Shown piece after piece: positions 19,204-29,351 of a stretch of 64,000 nt of DNA. How positions within the stretch are numbered: position 1 is the first letter of the stretch; every line of letters begins with the position of its first letter. The position numbers and the translations under genes were made by a program. The stretch spans positions 32,001 to 96,000 of the forward strand of contig JBEKSS010000003.1 in assembly GCA_049516875.1 (NCBI GenBank). Direction: 5' to 3'. The DNA comes from Candidatus Bathyarchaeia archaeon (GTDB lineage: Archaea > Thermoproteota > Bathyarchaeia > Bathyarchaeales > Bathycorpusculaceae). The notes under the pieces were generated by a model. It did no database searches and had not been told where the DNA came from. It saw nothing but the letters and a program-made list of their open reading frames with translations.

Positions 19204-19881
19204 TTGTGGGCGGGAAAACCTTTGGTGCTTCCAGCAGAAACTGAAGAGCGCGTGAAGCGAAGAGCCTTAAACGTCTGCCAAGACCACCTACGGAAGGTCT
19301 TAGACCTGACTAGAAAAGTCCCTCAGATGATAGATTACTTCATGAAGAACGACAAAGACGGGGCAACACAGCTTTTCAACGAAGTCACAGGCAGCGAGGC
19401 TGAAGTGGACAAGGCAAGGCGACTGGTTTCACAGGAACTCGCCGAAATAGGAGCAATCCTACTCAGCAGAGAAGATTTCCTAAGATTCACCAACGTGACA
19501 AGCGAAATCGCAGATTTTTCTGAAGGCATAGCTTTCCGACTTGTCGAAATCATGCAGCACAACTGGAACGTGCCGATGGACATAAAGAAAGATCTACTGA
19601 AACTCTCGGAGGCCGTTTTCGAAACCGTGCTCAAGCTCAGAGAGATGGTGATGGCTCTTAACTACGGCTCAACCAAAACCATGGAAAAAGCCAGAGATGT
19701 GGAGGTTGCCGAACAGAACGTTGATGTGCTTTACCGCGAACTCGAGATAAAACTTCTCGGCAGCAAAGTGGATTTTCCTGCTCTGATATTGCTAAGGGAT
19801 GTTCTGCAACTGTTGGAGGATTCAGCGGACAAAGCTGAAGACGCTTCTGACGCCGCGCGAATTCTTTCGTTTATGATGTGA
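19204..19881 (+). CDS. DUF47/PhoU-like helical protein
   Basis: All-helical with REDF and E..AD.AEDASD patterns; start uncertain. Confidence 0.8.
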   Translation: MWAGKPLVLPAETEERVKRRALNVCQDHLRKVLDLTRKVPQMIDYFMKNDKDGATQLFNEVTGSEAEVDKARRLVSQELAEIGAILLSREDFLRFTNVTSEIADFSEGIAFRLVEIMQHNWNVPMDIKKDLLKLSEAVFETVLKLREMVMALNYGSTKTMEKARDVEVAEQNVDVLYRELEIKLLGSKVDFPALILLRDVLQLLEDSADKAEDASDAARILSFMM

Positions 19882-19896
19882 AAGGCGGAAAACACG

Positions 19897-20454
19897 GTGC
19901 GCAAGAAGATCGGCGTGGAGCTAATCGAAAACTTTCTAGTGGTTTGGAACCCAGAAGAAGGCTCAGAACTTTACAAAAGAGGCTTCTACGGAAAACCCCT
20001 TGGAATCGCCAAACCCAAAATCCCAGAGTTCAACGTTCCGCTAATTCTGGACCTGATGGAAGGCCTGTATCTCGTAGAAAAACAAAACATAACTGTGTAC
20101 GAAGGCAACGCAAAAAAGAAGGTAAGTCTCAAAAAACTCCGCCAAATGGCCAAACAACTGTATGGAGAGTTTGAAGAAAAATACTCTGTTTATCGTGACC
20201 TTCGCGACAACGGCCTAGTCGTAACACCTGGAATAAAGTTCGGATGCGACTTCGCGGTCTACAAACACGGGCCAGGCGTAGAACACGCGCCTTACATGGT
20301 TTCCGTGAAACTGGCCGACTCTGAGATGACGGCCACAGAAATCGTTAAAGCTGGAAGACTGGCAACGACCGTCCGAAAAAGATTCATCATCGCAGTACCT
20401 GGCCTAGAGAAGGACAAGATAGAATATCTGATCTTCAAATGGTTCAAAGCCTGA
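19897..20454 (+). CDS. endA: tRNA-intron endonuclease (catalytic subunit)
   Basis: VYRDLRDNG, GIKFGCDFAVY, HAPY and RLATTVRK with the Y-H-K triad. Confidence 0.94.
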   Translation: MRKKIGVELIENFLVVWNPEEGSELYKRGFYGKPLGIAKPKIPEFNVPLILDLMEGLYLVEKQNITVYEGNAKKKVSLKKLRQMAKQLYGEFEEKYSVYRDLRDNGLVVTPGIKFGCDFAVYKHGPGVEHAPYMVSVKLADSEMTATEIVKAGRLATTVRKRFIIAVPGLEKDKIEYLIFKWFKA

Positions 20455-20491
20455 ACACGCAATCAACAATGTAAAGAGTTGTAGAGCACGG

Positions 20492-20965
20492 CTATTGTTT
20501 GGACTTGATGATTTCGCTGATTTCTTGTTCTAGAGTAGGTTGGTGCGAGGGGTTTTCAACTATTCTGCCTATTTCTCTCCCATCTGTGTCGGCTAGTATG
20601 ATTAGCGGAATCTTGTCGACGTTGAATGTTTCCACTTCTTGCGGCGAGGGTGGCATTCGCCATTTGTGTCCTTGACCCAGCGGATCTTTCTTTAGACCCC
20701 CGAAGACTCTGACCTCCAGTCCTGCGGCCTCATTTATCAAGGCCAAAACTGGAACGTTTACTGCGCAGTCCTTGCACCATCCTGTTGAAAAAGCAATGAT
20801 CACGCATTTACCCGCAAATGCTCTGAGTTGACTGATTGCTTCTCGATTAGGCTGATATGTTTGTTTCCTCGTCAAGAATTTCTCCTTGAAAGGCTCTTCC
20901 AAATTGCTGATGTAATCGTCTGCCGAAACCGTTCTCGTCATGATTTCCATCAAGTTGACAGGCAT
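20492..20965 (-). CDS. Thioredoxin-family protein
   Basis: WCKDC motif, cis-Pro KIP and GREIGRIVE. Confidence 0.85.
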   Translation of the reverse strand: MPVNLMEIMTRTVSADDYISNLEEPFKEKFLTRKQTYQPNREAISQLRAFAGKCVIIAFSTGWCKDCAVNVPVLALINEAAGLEVRVFGGLKKDPLGQGHKWRMPPSPQEVETFNVDKIPLIILADTDGREIGRIVENPSHQPTLEQEISEIIKSKQ

Positions 20966-21061
20966 GTTGGATCTTCACCCTTGAGAATGTTGTCTTAATC
21001 TGGAAAAACAGATTTAAACGTTGGCGGTCCGTACAAGATTGATCTAGCACGTTGATTGGAT

Positions 21062-22333
21062 TTAGCCGGGCATTAGTGTTTGGTTTGTGAATTGCCCTCT
21101 CACGTATTGATGTGGATAGATTTTCGTTCCTTCCAGCATGCAGCCTTCAGCTATTACCACGTCGTCGGCGATGACCGTGGTTGAATCTATTTTTGTGGGT
21201 TTTTTCGAGGTTGATTGGACGGTTACGTGTCGTCCTATGATGCTCTCTTTCACCTCAGCATTATCGCCCACTATAACCCTGTCCATGACTGCGGAGTTTT
21301 CTATTTCCACGTTCTTGCCAACTTGTGTGTAGTTGTCTATGCACGAGTTGACTATTCTCACTCCGTCTGCTATCTTGCAGTGTCTTCCGATGAGGACAGA
21401 TCCTTCAATCTCTATTTTCTTCTGCTTGATTTTCCGGATGATTTCCCTCCTTCTCTTCATCGACTCCGTGCTTTCTCCCTGGACCCATATCCGTTTTCCC
21501 TCATCTATTCTTCCACCGAAATCGGTCAGCGACGAAAAACGTCCGTCCAGCATGTCATGCATGGCTTCCAAATAACGTCGAGGTGTTCCCACATCGTACC
21601 AGCTTCCCTCCAAGGCGAAGCCGTAAACTGGTCTGCCAGTGCTTATCAAATAGGGGATGAAGTCATAGCCGAAGTCCAAGCGATGTCTCTCTTTGATTAG
21701 CTGCGTGACTCCTTTTTCTTTGAATATCTTCCTTATTTCGGGAGAAAACATGTACAGACCGGTGTTGGCAAGGTCCGACGGAGCCTCCTTGGGCGTGGGT
21801 TTTTCAACAAACCTGGAAATCTTCATGTCCTTGTTTATGTCAGCTATTCCGTAGCCATCGACGTTTTCGACTCTCCTCAACGCTATGGTCATGAGGGCGC
21901 CCTTTTTTTCATGAAACTTAACGAGTTTCTTCACATCGACATCAAAAATGTTGTCTCCTTGAACTGCAAAAACGGGATCCCTGACGTTGTAGTACTCCAT
22001 GTTTATCATAGCGGAGCTTGCGCTGCCAAAATCGTCCACGTTCGGTTGATATTTTATGTGAACGCGCGGTGTTATACCGTATCTGGCAGAAAACCCGTAG
22101 CCCGACTCAAAATAATCATGCAAGTCCCTGTAGTTAGTGTAGCCTTTAACACCGAAGATGAAGTTCTTGATGCCTTGACGTGCAAGGGGTAACAATGAGA
22201 AATCTATCAGTGGCCTGTTCAACAGGCGCAAGCACGCCTTGCTGGTCTCCGCTGTGAGCGGCAGCAGACGAGTTGCTTTTCCACCGACTGGAATTATTAC
22301 TCTCAATCTGTCCAACGCATAATTGTTGCGCAA
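21062..22333 (-). CDS. Sugar-phosphate nucleotidyltransferase (NDP-sugar synthase) with left-handed beta-helix
   Basis: GGKATRLLPLT, FVEKP and WYDVGT motifs plus hexapeptide repeats. Confidence 0.9.
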   Translation of the reverse strand: MRNNYALDRLRVIIPVGGKATRLLPLTAETSKACLRLLNRPLIDFSLLPLARQGIKNFIFGVKGYTNYRDLHDYFESGYGFSARYGITPRVHIKYQPNVDDFGSASSAMINMEYYNVRDPVFAVQGDNIFDVDVKKLVKFHEKKGALMTIALRRVENVDGYGIADINKDMKISRFVEKPTPKEAPSDLANTGLYMFSPEIRKIFKEKGVTQLIKERHRLDFGYDFIPYLISTGRPVYGFALEGSWYDVGTPRRYLEAMHDMLDGRFSSLTDFGGRIDEGKRIWVQGESTESMKRRREIIRKIKQKKIEIEGSVLIGRHCKIADGVRIVNSCIDNYTQVGKNVEIENSAVMDRVIVGDNAEVKESIIGRHVTVQSTSKKPTKIDSTTVIADDVVIAEGCMLEGTKIYPHQYVRGQFTNQTLMPG

Positions 22334-22461
22334 GACATCATCACCAACAAGCTTTTCAATGGATTATTCACCTGAAACGTATTAAACTTTCTAATTCATA
22401 CGCGAATTTTATGACACTCTCTGCTGAAAACCTTAAGAGCCAAGTCAAGGTTTGAACGGTT

Positions 22462-23310
22462 ATGAGCAAAATTGGCGGCTACCTGCGCTTAATGCGTCTC
22501 ATAAACTGCGCGATGGTGGGCCTTGCCGTCCTTGTTGGCGTAGTGCTTGCCAACCCGAATATCGGGCACAATTCCTGGCAAAACCTTGTCTACGGCTTCG
22601 TCACTGGTTTCACGCTAACCGCTGCCTCGATGACCATAAACGATTACTACGACCGGCAGATCGACGCCATAAATGAACCGAAACGTCCTATCCCGAGCGG
22701 TCTAATCAAACCCAGAGAGGCCTTGATGTTTGCAGCGATTCTTTCAATTCTAGGTTTTGCCGCCGCGTACTTGACAAATACGTATTGCCTCGTAACCGCT
22801 ATAATTGCTTGGATGGTCGCCGCTGCTTACACCACTGTTGGAAAGAGAACCGGCCTGCCGGGTAACTTTCTCGTTAGCATAATTGTGACAATACCCTTCC
22901 TGTATGGAATGGCAATCGTGGCTGACATTAGATTGAATGTTCTGCTTTGCGCGTCCACGGCTTTTCTTTCGATCACTGGAAGGGAGATAACAAAGGGGAT
23001 TGTGGATGTGAAGGGAGACAAGACGGCAAACGTTAAGACTCTAGCTGTGCGTTACGGAGAGAAAAAGGCGGCCACAGCAGCTGCATCATTTTATGTTTCT
23101 GCGATCTTACTGAGCCCGCTACCTTGGCTCATGGACCTTGTATCTTTCTGGTTCATTCCCTTAGTGCTCATAACCGACATTGGACTTGCAGTGTCATCGT
23201 TTATACTGCTCAAGGACTATTCAAGGGAAAGCGCTAGAAAGATCAAGAAAAACGTGCTTCTGTGGCTTATCATTGGACTGCTAGCGTTTATGATAGGCGC
23301 GATAAGGTGA
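22462..23310 (+). CDS. Digeranylgeranylglyceryl phosphate synthase (UbiA family)
   Basis: NDYYDRQIDAINEPKRPIPSG and REITKGIVDVKGD motifs; multi-TM. Confidence 0.88.
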   Translation: MSKIGGYLRLMRLINCAMVGLAVLVGVVLANPNIGHNSWQNLVYGFVTGFTLTAASMTINDYYDRQIDAINEPKRPIPSGLIKPREALMFAAILSILGFAAAYLTNTYCLVTAIIAWMVAAAYTTVGKRTGLPGNFLVSIIVTIPFLYGMAIVADIRLNVLLCASTAFLSITGREITKGIVDVKGDKTANVKTLAVRYGEKKAATAAASFYVSAILLSPLPWLMDLVSFWFIPLVLITDIGLAVSSFILLKDYSRESARKIKKNVLLWLIIGLLAFMIGAIR

Positions 23311-23314
23311 AATA

Positions 23315-24026
23315 TTGCCCTTTGAAGAAGTCTTTTCAAACGTCCTTCTAATGTTACTATGCTACGGTTACGTGTTTTTCATAATAGTCATTTCAGGAAA
23401 GATGGAGAAGACCCTTCATGTCTCGCGGAAAGCTTCGCGTAAGTTCTTGCATATAATGATTGGGAACCTTCCATTCATTATTCCGTTTTTCACTCTGACC
23501 GTTTTTCCAGCTCTTGTCGCTGCCCCCATTTATCGTAGTAACTCTCCTTGCATCGCCTTGCAGCCCGTTTAAGAGACTCAGCAAAAGGATGAAGGGGCTA
23601 GCGGACATAAGTGATGAGGGACACCAATTGGGGCTTGTCTTCTACGCGATTTCCTATACGTGTTTGGCGTCGTTGTTCGCTTCGAAAGCCTACATCATTG
23701 CTGCGGGAATTCTGCCCATGGCTTACGGTGATGCCGCAGCTTCAATGGTCGGTGAAAGATGGGGCAGAAGAAAATACAACGTTGTTGCAGAGAAGAGTTT
23801 AGAAGGCTCAGCAGCAATGTTTCTCTTCAGCTTCATCAGCCTTGCCCTTGGCTTGGTTTTCTTCTCTGTCTTTTATCAGTTTGTGTTACCCGTCAAACTT
23901 GTTGCGGCGCTAGCAGCCGCTGCTGTTGCCACGGCGGTTGAAGGCTTTTCGCCCATGGGCTTCGACAACTTGACCGTCCCTGCCTTCAGCGTTCTGGTCT
24001 TTCTGATGTATGGTGGAGGCTTCTGA
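23315..24026 (+). pseudogene. Phytol/dolichol kinase-like membrane protein (CTP_transf_1/SEC59 family), split by +1 frameshift
   Basis: SRKFLHIMIG in ORF 23315-23572 and GDAAA/KSLEGS/DNLTVP in ORF 23514-24026; removing one C from the C5 run at 23523-23527 joins them (AAPFIVV). Confidence 0.8.
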
Positions 24027-24031
24027 ACAGG

Positions 24032-24604
24032 TTGGTGCTTGTAGTCATAGATGGATTAGACGCTTCAGGAAAGAGCACTCAGGCGATAAGTCTTTACATG
24101 CGTCTCAGAAAGCAGGGAAAAACCGCGTGTCTACGGATTCATCCTTCAAACGATAATCTTTTCGGAGCCAAAGCTAAGCAGTTTTTGTTCTCTAAAGGAA
24201 GGAGTGCACATTTTGGTTCTCCCATCTTTTACATGTTCGATGTTGTCCGTTCCGTTCTTCTATATTCTTGGCAAAAATACGATTATATGATTTTTGTTCG
24301 ATATCTGATGGGAACCGCCTATCTGCCGTCACCGTTACACAGAATTGGCTACCACTTCTTCACTTCCATAATGCCCACATCGGACTACATGTTCTTTCTC
24401 GACGTGTATCTTGAAGAAGCAGACAGAAGAATACGACAAACACGTGGCACACTGGAGATGTTCGAAAGCTTGGAGAACTTTAAACGAATCAGAAGAAAGG
24501 CGCTCTCATTGGTTTCATCAAGCAAATGGAGAATCATAAACGGAAACAAATCTGTGAAAGACATCGAAAAGGAAATTGCAAACGCTCTTGGACTACCGTT
24601 CTAA
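24032..24604 (+). CDS. tmk: Thymidylate kinase-like P-loop kinase
   Basis: IDGLDASGKST P-loop; canonical DRY reads VRY here. Confidence 0.7.
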   Translation: MVLVVIDGLDASGKSTQAISLYMRLRKQGKTACLRIHPSNDNLFGAKAKQFLFSKGRSAHFGSPIFYMFDVVRSVLLYSWQKYDYMIFVRYLMGTAYLPSPLHRIGYHFFTSIMPTSDYMFFLDVYLEEADRRIRQTRGTLEMFESLENFKRIRRKALSLVSSSKWRIINGNKSVKDIEKEIANALGLPF

Positions 24605-24661
24605 TAATTGGAATTATAAGTGTCCCTGAGTTAGTATTAAAGTGGAGAGGCATGTTGCTCC

Positions 24662-25108
24662 TTGAATGCTGAAGATGAGGCTGTTTTTGAGTACGCGCTT
24701 CGCGGCAAAGACTGGAACGTGTATTGGCTTCTTTTGAAAAATGGTCGTTCCATGAGCGTTCGTGAAGTTCAGAAAACGCTACGTTTCAGCAGCCCGAGCG
24801 TGGCGCAGCATCATCTTGAACAGTTGCGACAGTTGGGACTGGTCAAGAAGGATGAGATTGGAGGCAATTATTCGTTGACGAGCGAAGTCAAGATTGGGGT
24901 GCTTCGGCATTTTGTTAAACTGGGGAGACTGCTGTTTCCGAGGTACTTCTTCTACGCGCTTTTCTCAACCACTTTCTACTTGATATACGTACTAGCGCTG
25001 ATGCAGGGATTCACGCGTGAGAACCTGTTCATTCTCACATTTGGAGCCATTGTTTCTGCAATCTTCTGGTTTGAGGCCTTACGCATATGGTCTATGAGAC
25101 CGTACTAG
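24662..25108 (+). CDS. Membrane-tethered winged-HTH protein
   Basis: SVREVQKTLRFSSPSVAQHHLEQLRQLGLV HTH followed by two hydrophobic helices. Confidence 0.85.
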   Translation: MNAEDEAVFEYALRGKDWNVYWLLLKNGRSMSVREVQKTLRFSSPSVAQHHLEQLRQLGLVKKDEIGGNYSLTSEVKIGVLRHFVKLGRLLFPRYFFYALFSTTFYLIYVLALMQGFTRENLFILTFGAIVSAIFWFEALRIWSMRPY

Positions 25109-25196
25109 CTTCTGGAAAATGCTGTACCAAGGCTTAGGATAGATTCAAAGAAGAGATAGGATAACAGTAGTGATTCAAGATATGTGCACCGCATCC

Positions 25197-26567
25197 CTAC
25201 CTTGACTCGATGTTAACGGTAATTGACGTTTCCACGAAGTGCTCCCTCAGCTTTTCCTCAATCTGCGACGCCAACCTGTGCGCTTCTTCGAGCGAGATAT
25301 GCTTGGTGAAACTGCAGTCAATGTTTATGTAACGTTTCTTTCTTGCGACGTAGGTCACTATTCCCTTGACATGAAAGTCTTGTCGATAGCTTTCGGCTAT
25401 ACTGTGAATTATGCTCCTGATTTCCTCCTCGTTGACCGAATAGCCCTTTCGGGTCTTCGAACTGAAAGGTTCCATGTGAACAGCCACATCTTCAACTTCC
25501 GGTATTCTTTCTTCAATTCTGGTCTCGATATTCTGAGCTATCTTATGGGCGGCTTCAACTGAGATTTTTGGATCCACGTTGGCGTGCAAAGTTATGTACA
25601 GCTTACCATCCGCGTGTGCAGTGCTGATTTCATGCACTTCTCTTACACCTTGAACATCTGTCGCAAGTTTCTCCACGAGTTTTTCGGTCGGCATTTCCGG
25701 CTTGCACGGCTCGGTGTGGATAACAACGTCGCAGTTACCCAACGTGTTCCTGATGTTCGTTTCTATTTTAGAGGCCAGTTCATGAGACTCTTCAAGGTTC
25801 AGATAGTCTGGCACTTGAACGGTTGCTCTTACAAAGGCTTTTTCTCCTGCCTTTCTGATTTTCAAGGCTTCAAGCTTGCACACTCCTGCTGTTCCCACTA
25901 TTTCATGCCTTACCTTGTTTGCCACGTCTTTTGATATCGTGTCCGTCAGCTCCATTCCACTACTCCAAACAAGCCTCACACTAAGGTAGGTTAGCATCAC
26001 CCCAAGGACCATTGAAGAAACGGAATCTCCATAGTAGAACCCTAGAGTTGCCAATCCAAATCCCAAAAGTGCTATTACAGTTGAACTCAGGTCTGCAATG
26101 GCATGATAGAAACCTGCTCTCATCGTAATGCTTTCACTGCGGCGAGCTTTCAAAAGTGTTCCAACTCTGAAAAAGTCTATGCAGAACGTATAGCCAATAG
26201 CTATGAAGCCCGCATATTCTAATCCCAAGTTGATGCTTTGTCCACGCAGTATCTTCAACACGGCCTCGTATATTATCAGCAATGCTACAACTACAAGGGC
26301 AAGTCCCCCTACGAAGCCGCCTATGGACTCGAATTTTTCATGCCCATACATGTGCTCTTCATCCGGGGGTTTTTCAGACGCACGCATCGCCAAAAATAGG
26401 ACGAGAGTAGTTGAAGCGTCAAGTAATGCGTGCAAACCATCGCTTACAATTGCAAGGCTGTTTACTGCCAGGCCTATGGTTATTTCCACGAAAACTACGC
26501 TTGCTATCGCAACTGCCGAGCGTTTAAGCGTCCTTAGCTTGTAGCGACTTTCCAATGTTTCCAGCAC
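25197..26567 (-). CDS. Cation diffusion facilitator transporter with extended C-terminus
   Basis: SDGLH, KPPDEEHMYGHEK and HAIAD motifs; three C-terminal repeats containing EE/EA.H..A..IE. Confidence 0.92.
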   Translation of the reverse strand: MLETLESRYKLRTLKRSAVAIASVVFVEITIGLAVNSLAIVSDGLHALLDASTTLVLFLAMRASEKPPDEEHMYGHEKFESIGGFVGGLALVVVALLIIYEAVLKILRGQSINLGLEYAGFIAIGYTFCIDFFRVGTLLKARRSESITMRAGFYHAIADLSSTVIALLGFGLATLGFYYGDSVSSMVLGVMLTYLSVRLVWSSGMELTDTISKDVANKVRHEIVGTAGVCKLEALKIRKAGEKAFVRATVQVPDYLNLEESHELASKIETNIRNTLGNCDVVIHTEPCKPEMPTEKLVEKLATDVQGVREVHEISTAHADGKLYITLHANVDPKISVEAAHKIAQNIETRIEERIPEVEDVAVHMEPFSSKTRKGYSVNEEEIRSIIHSIAESYRQDFHVKGIVTYVARKKRYINIDCSFTKHISLEEAHRLASQIEEKLREHFVETSITVNIESR

Positions 26568-26670
26568 TACTCGCCCTTTAATTCCAGATCTGGAGATTTA
26601 AGAATTATGGGTTTTCCACAGTTCCTGCGGCTTAGAACTTATATGCGTGGTTTTCCATGGCATCTGAACA

Positions 26671-27915
26671 ATGGAAACAATTTCACGGCTCGGCAGCCGT
26701 TACGCCTTCATCAGAGGAAATTTCCTAATCCTAATAATCACATGGATTCTCATGAACTTCACTGGACCAATCCCTCAAACTTACTCAAGCTTGTTTTTCA
26801 AAGGTTTAGGTGCGAACGACTTTCTTCTAGGCGTCATCGGTTTTGCTGGATCAATCGCACTGGCCCTTGTCCAGTTCCCAGGAGGCTACTTGGCTGATAA
26901 ACACGGACGACGCTTGCTCATCGTGACAATGACCTATGGTGTCGCTCTTTCCACTATTTTCTTTATACTTGCACCATCATGGCAATTCATAGTTTTCGGC
27001 CTAATAATACAGAATCTCTGTCTGCTCTACCAACCAGCACTGTTCGCAATCATGCTTGACTCCGTAACACCTGAAAATCGAGGAAGCGGATTCGCTTTCC
27101 AAGCTGTCATAAGCAACCTCGTGTCTTTACCTGCAGCAATTATAGCAGGCTATTTGATTTTAGTTTTCAACCTAGATTTCGGCATGCGAATAGCATACAC
27201 TATAGTTTTGATAGGCTACTTCATTGCTGCAACGTTAAGAATCAGGCTTAAAGAGACTTTGTCATCCGACAAAGTCCAAAGCCTTCCCAGTTTCTTAGTT
27301 GCCCTAAGAGAATATCCGAGATCCGTGAAAGAAAGCCTAGAAGTCTGGAGCAAAGTTCCGAAGACTGTCCTCTACCTTTTCCTAACGACGGCGGGCTTAA
27401 ACAGTCTGATTGCAGGCTGCCAAACATATTTTGTCGTGTATGCTACAGACGTTCTTCATGTAGAAAAGTTCGGTTGGGCGATTGTCATGGCCTTCATGTC
27501 ACTGAGTGTTTCAATCCCAGCAATACTTGCAGGCTTCAGGATGGATGCCGTGGGGCGCAGACGCTACCTAATCATAGGTTCTGTACTTTACACTCCAGCC
27601 ATGTTGATATTCATAAACGCAAACTTTTTCACACTGCTCATTGCCTTTTTCTTTTTCGGCCTCGCCCAGATGCTGCAGGGAACGAGCTACAACTCTCTTC
27701 TCGGAGACCTAACACCTCGGGAACTCAGAGGTAAGGTCATCGGATGTAGCCAATTCTTCATGTACTTAAGTCAAGCGTTCATGCAACTCTTAGCAGCTGC
27801 ACTTTATGTCTACATTTCACCACAAGTGCCTTTCATATTGCTGGGCATTGGCGCAATTCCACTATCAATTGTTGCATTTCTGAAAATCTTTGAAAACAGC
27901 GCCAAAGAAGTTTGA
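26671..27915 (+). CDS. MFS transporter
   Basis: GYLADKHGRR motif A; about 12 TM helices. Confidence 0.92.
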   Translation: METISRLGSRYAFIRGNFLILIITWILMNFTGPIPQTYSSLFFKGLGANDFLLGVIGFAGSIALALVQFPGGYLADKHGRRLLIVTMTYGVALSTIFFILAPSWQFIVFGLIIQNLCLLYQPALFAIMLDSVTPENRGSGFAFQAVISNLVSLPAAIIAGYLILVFNLDFGMRIAYTIVLIGYFIAATLRIRLKETLSSDKVQSLPSFLVALREYPRSVKESLEVWSKVPKTVLYLFLTTAGLNSLIAGCQTYFVVYATDVLHVEKFGWAIVMAFMSLSVSIPAILAGFRMDAVGRRRYLIIGSVLYTPAMLIFINANFFTLLIAFFFFGLAQMLQGTSYNSLLGDLTPRELRGKVIGCSQFFMYLSQAFMQLLAAALYVYISPQVPFILLGIGAIPLSIVAFLKIFENSAKEV

Positions 27916-27971
27916 AACCCAAGATAGATATTTAGGTCTGCAGACAGTATTGAAAGAAAAGGTTGACCCAT

Positions 27972-29255
27972 ATGGACTTTGTTCCGATTCAACAGGTTCT
28001 AGGCGGGGGATTTGAAGACCAGAAAATTGCCGTCAGAGGGTGGATCTACCGCAAGAGAGAGGGAAAACAGACAATATTCTTACTGATACGTGACTCAACT
28101 GGAATCATCCAATGTCCAGTTAAGAAAGAAAGCCCAGCTTGGGATGAAGCCGGAAAAGTCACGATTGAATCTTCACTGGCACTTGAAGGGACGGTTAAGA
28201 AAGATGTGCGTGCTCCAGGCGGATATGAAGTCGTCACAGAAAAAGTATCGATAATAGGCCTCGCCGACCTCTTCCCGATAACAAAAGACAAAAGTGAAGA
28301 ATTTTTGCGTGATGTTCGCCACTTGTGGCTTCGAAGCCGCAAAATGAACCTAGTGATGAAAGTGCGAAGCGAGGTGCAAAGGTTCACGCATGAATTCTTC
28401 AGGAACCAGAAATTCACCGAAGTTTCTCCACCAATGTTCGTAACGAGCGCTGTCGAGGGGGGCTCAACGCTCTTTGGCCTGAAGTATTTTGACCAAAGCA
28501 TGTACCTAACCCAAAGCGCCCAGCTATACCTTGAGATTCTAATCTACTCGTTGGAAAAAGTCTATTGCATCGCTCCGTCTTTCAGAGCCGAAAAAAGCCG
28601 AACCATCAGACATCTGACCGAATACTGGCATATCGAAGCCGAACAAGCATTCGCAGACATGAATGACTTAACACGTCTGGAAGAGGAGCTCTTGGCTTAC
28701 ATATGCCGGCGAACTATTGAGACCTGCAAACCGGAGTTTGAAGAATTGGGTGCAGACCTTTCAAAACTCGCTTCAGTAAGGACGCCCTTCTCCAAAATAA
28801 CCTATGCAGATGCAATCGAAAAGCTGCACACAAAGAACTTTAAGACAAAATGGGGTGACGATCTTGGATACGAAGAAGAGAAGGCCCTGGCAGATGACTT
28901 CGGCAAACCGTTTTTCATATATGACTATCCTAAACAGATCAAAGCCTTCTACTGCAAAGCCTACAGGAACAAGCCGGAGCTAGCCATGTCAACTGACATG
29001 CTTGTTCCAAGAATAGGGGAAATATCCACTGGCGGCGCAAGAGAAGACGACAAGGAAATACTCGTTGCAAGACTTAAAGAACTCGGACAGAAGGAAGAAG
29101 ATTATGACTGGTACATTGATCTCCGACGCTACGGAACTGTTCCACACGTCGGCTTCGGAATGGGCTTGGAAAGATTGCTCACATGGATGCTTGACTTGGA
29201 GAACATAATAGACGCCATACCGTTCCCAAGGACAATCAGAAGATTCTACCCGTAA
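27972..29255 (+). CDS. asnS: Asparaginyl-tRNA synthetase
   Basis: VRGWIYRKR OB fold, RHLWLRS, YLTQSAQLYLE, FRAEKSRT.RHLTEY and GFGMGLER motifs. Confidence 0.92.
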   Translation: MDFVPIQQVLGGGFEDQKIAVRGWIYRKREGKQTIFLLIRDSTGIIQCPVKKESPAWDEAGKVTIESSLALEGTVKKDVRAPGGYEVVTEKVSIIGLADLFPITKDKSEEFLRDVRHLWLRSRKMNLVMKVRSEVQRFTHEFFRNQKFTEVSPPMFVTSAVEGGSTLFGLKYFDQSMYLTQSAQLYLEILIYSLEKVYCIAPSFRAEKSRTIRHLTEYWHIEAEQAFADMNDLTRLEEELLAYICRRTIETCKPEFEELGADLSKLASVRTPFSKITYADAIEKLHTKNFKTKWGDDLGYEEEKALADDFGKPFFIYDYPKQIKAFYCKAYRNKPELAMSTDMLVPRIGEISTGGAREDDKEILVARLKELGQKEEDYDWYIDLRRYGTVPHVGFGMGLERLLTWMLDLENIIDAIPFPRTIRRFYP

Positions 29256-29351
29256 GAAGGCACATCAGGCGCAGTTGACAAATTGACTTCCGCCTAAACT
29301 CGCTATTGCACTGAGATACTGCTACAAATGGAAAGGGAGATGAGGTCAATG

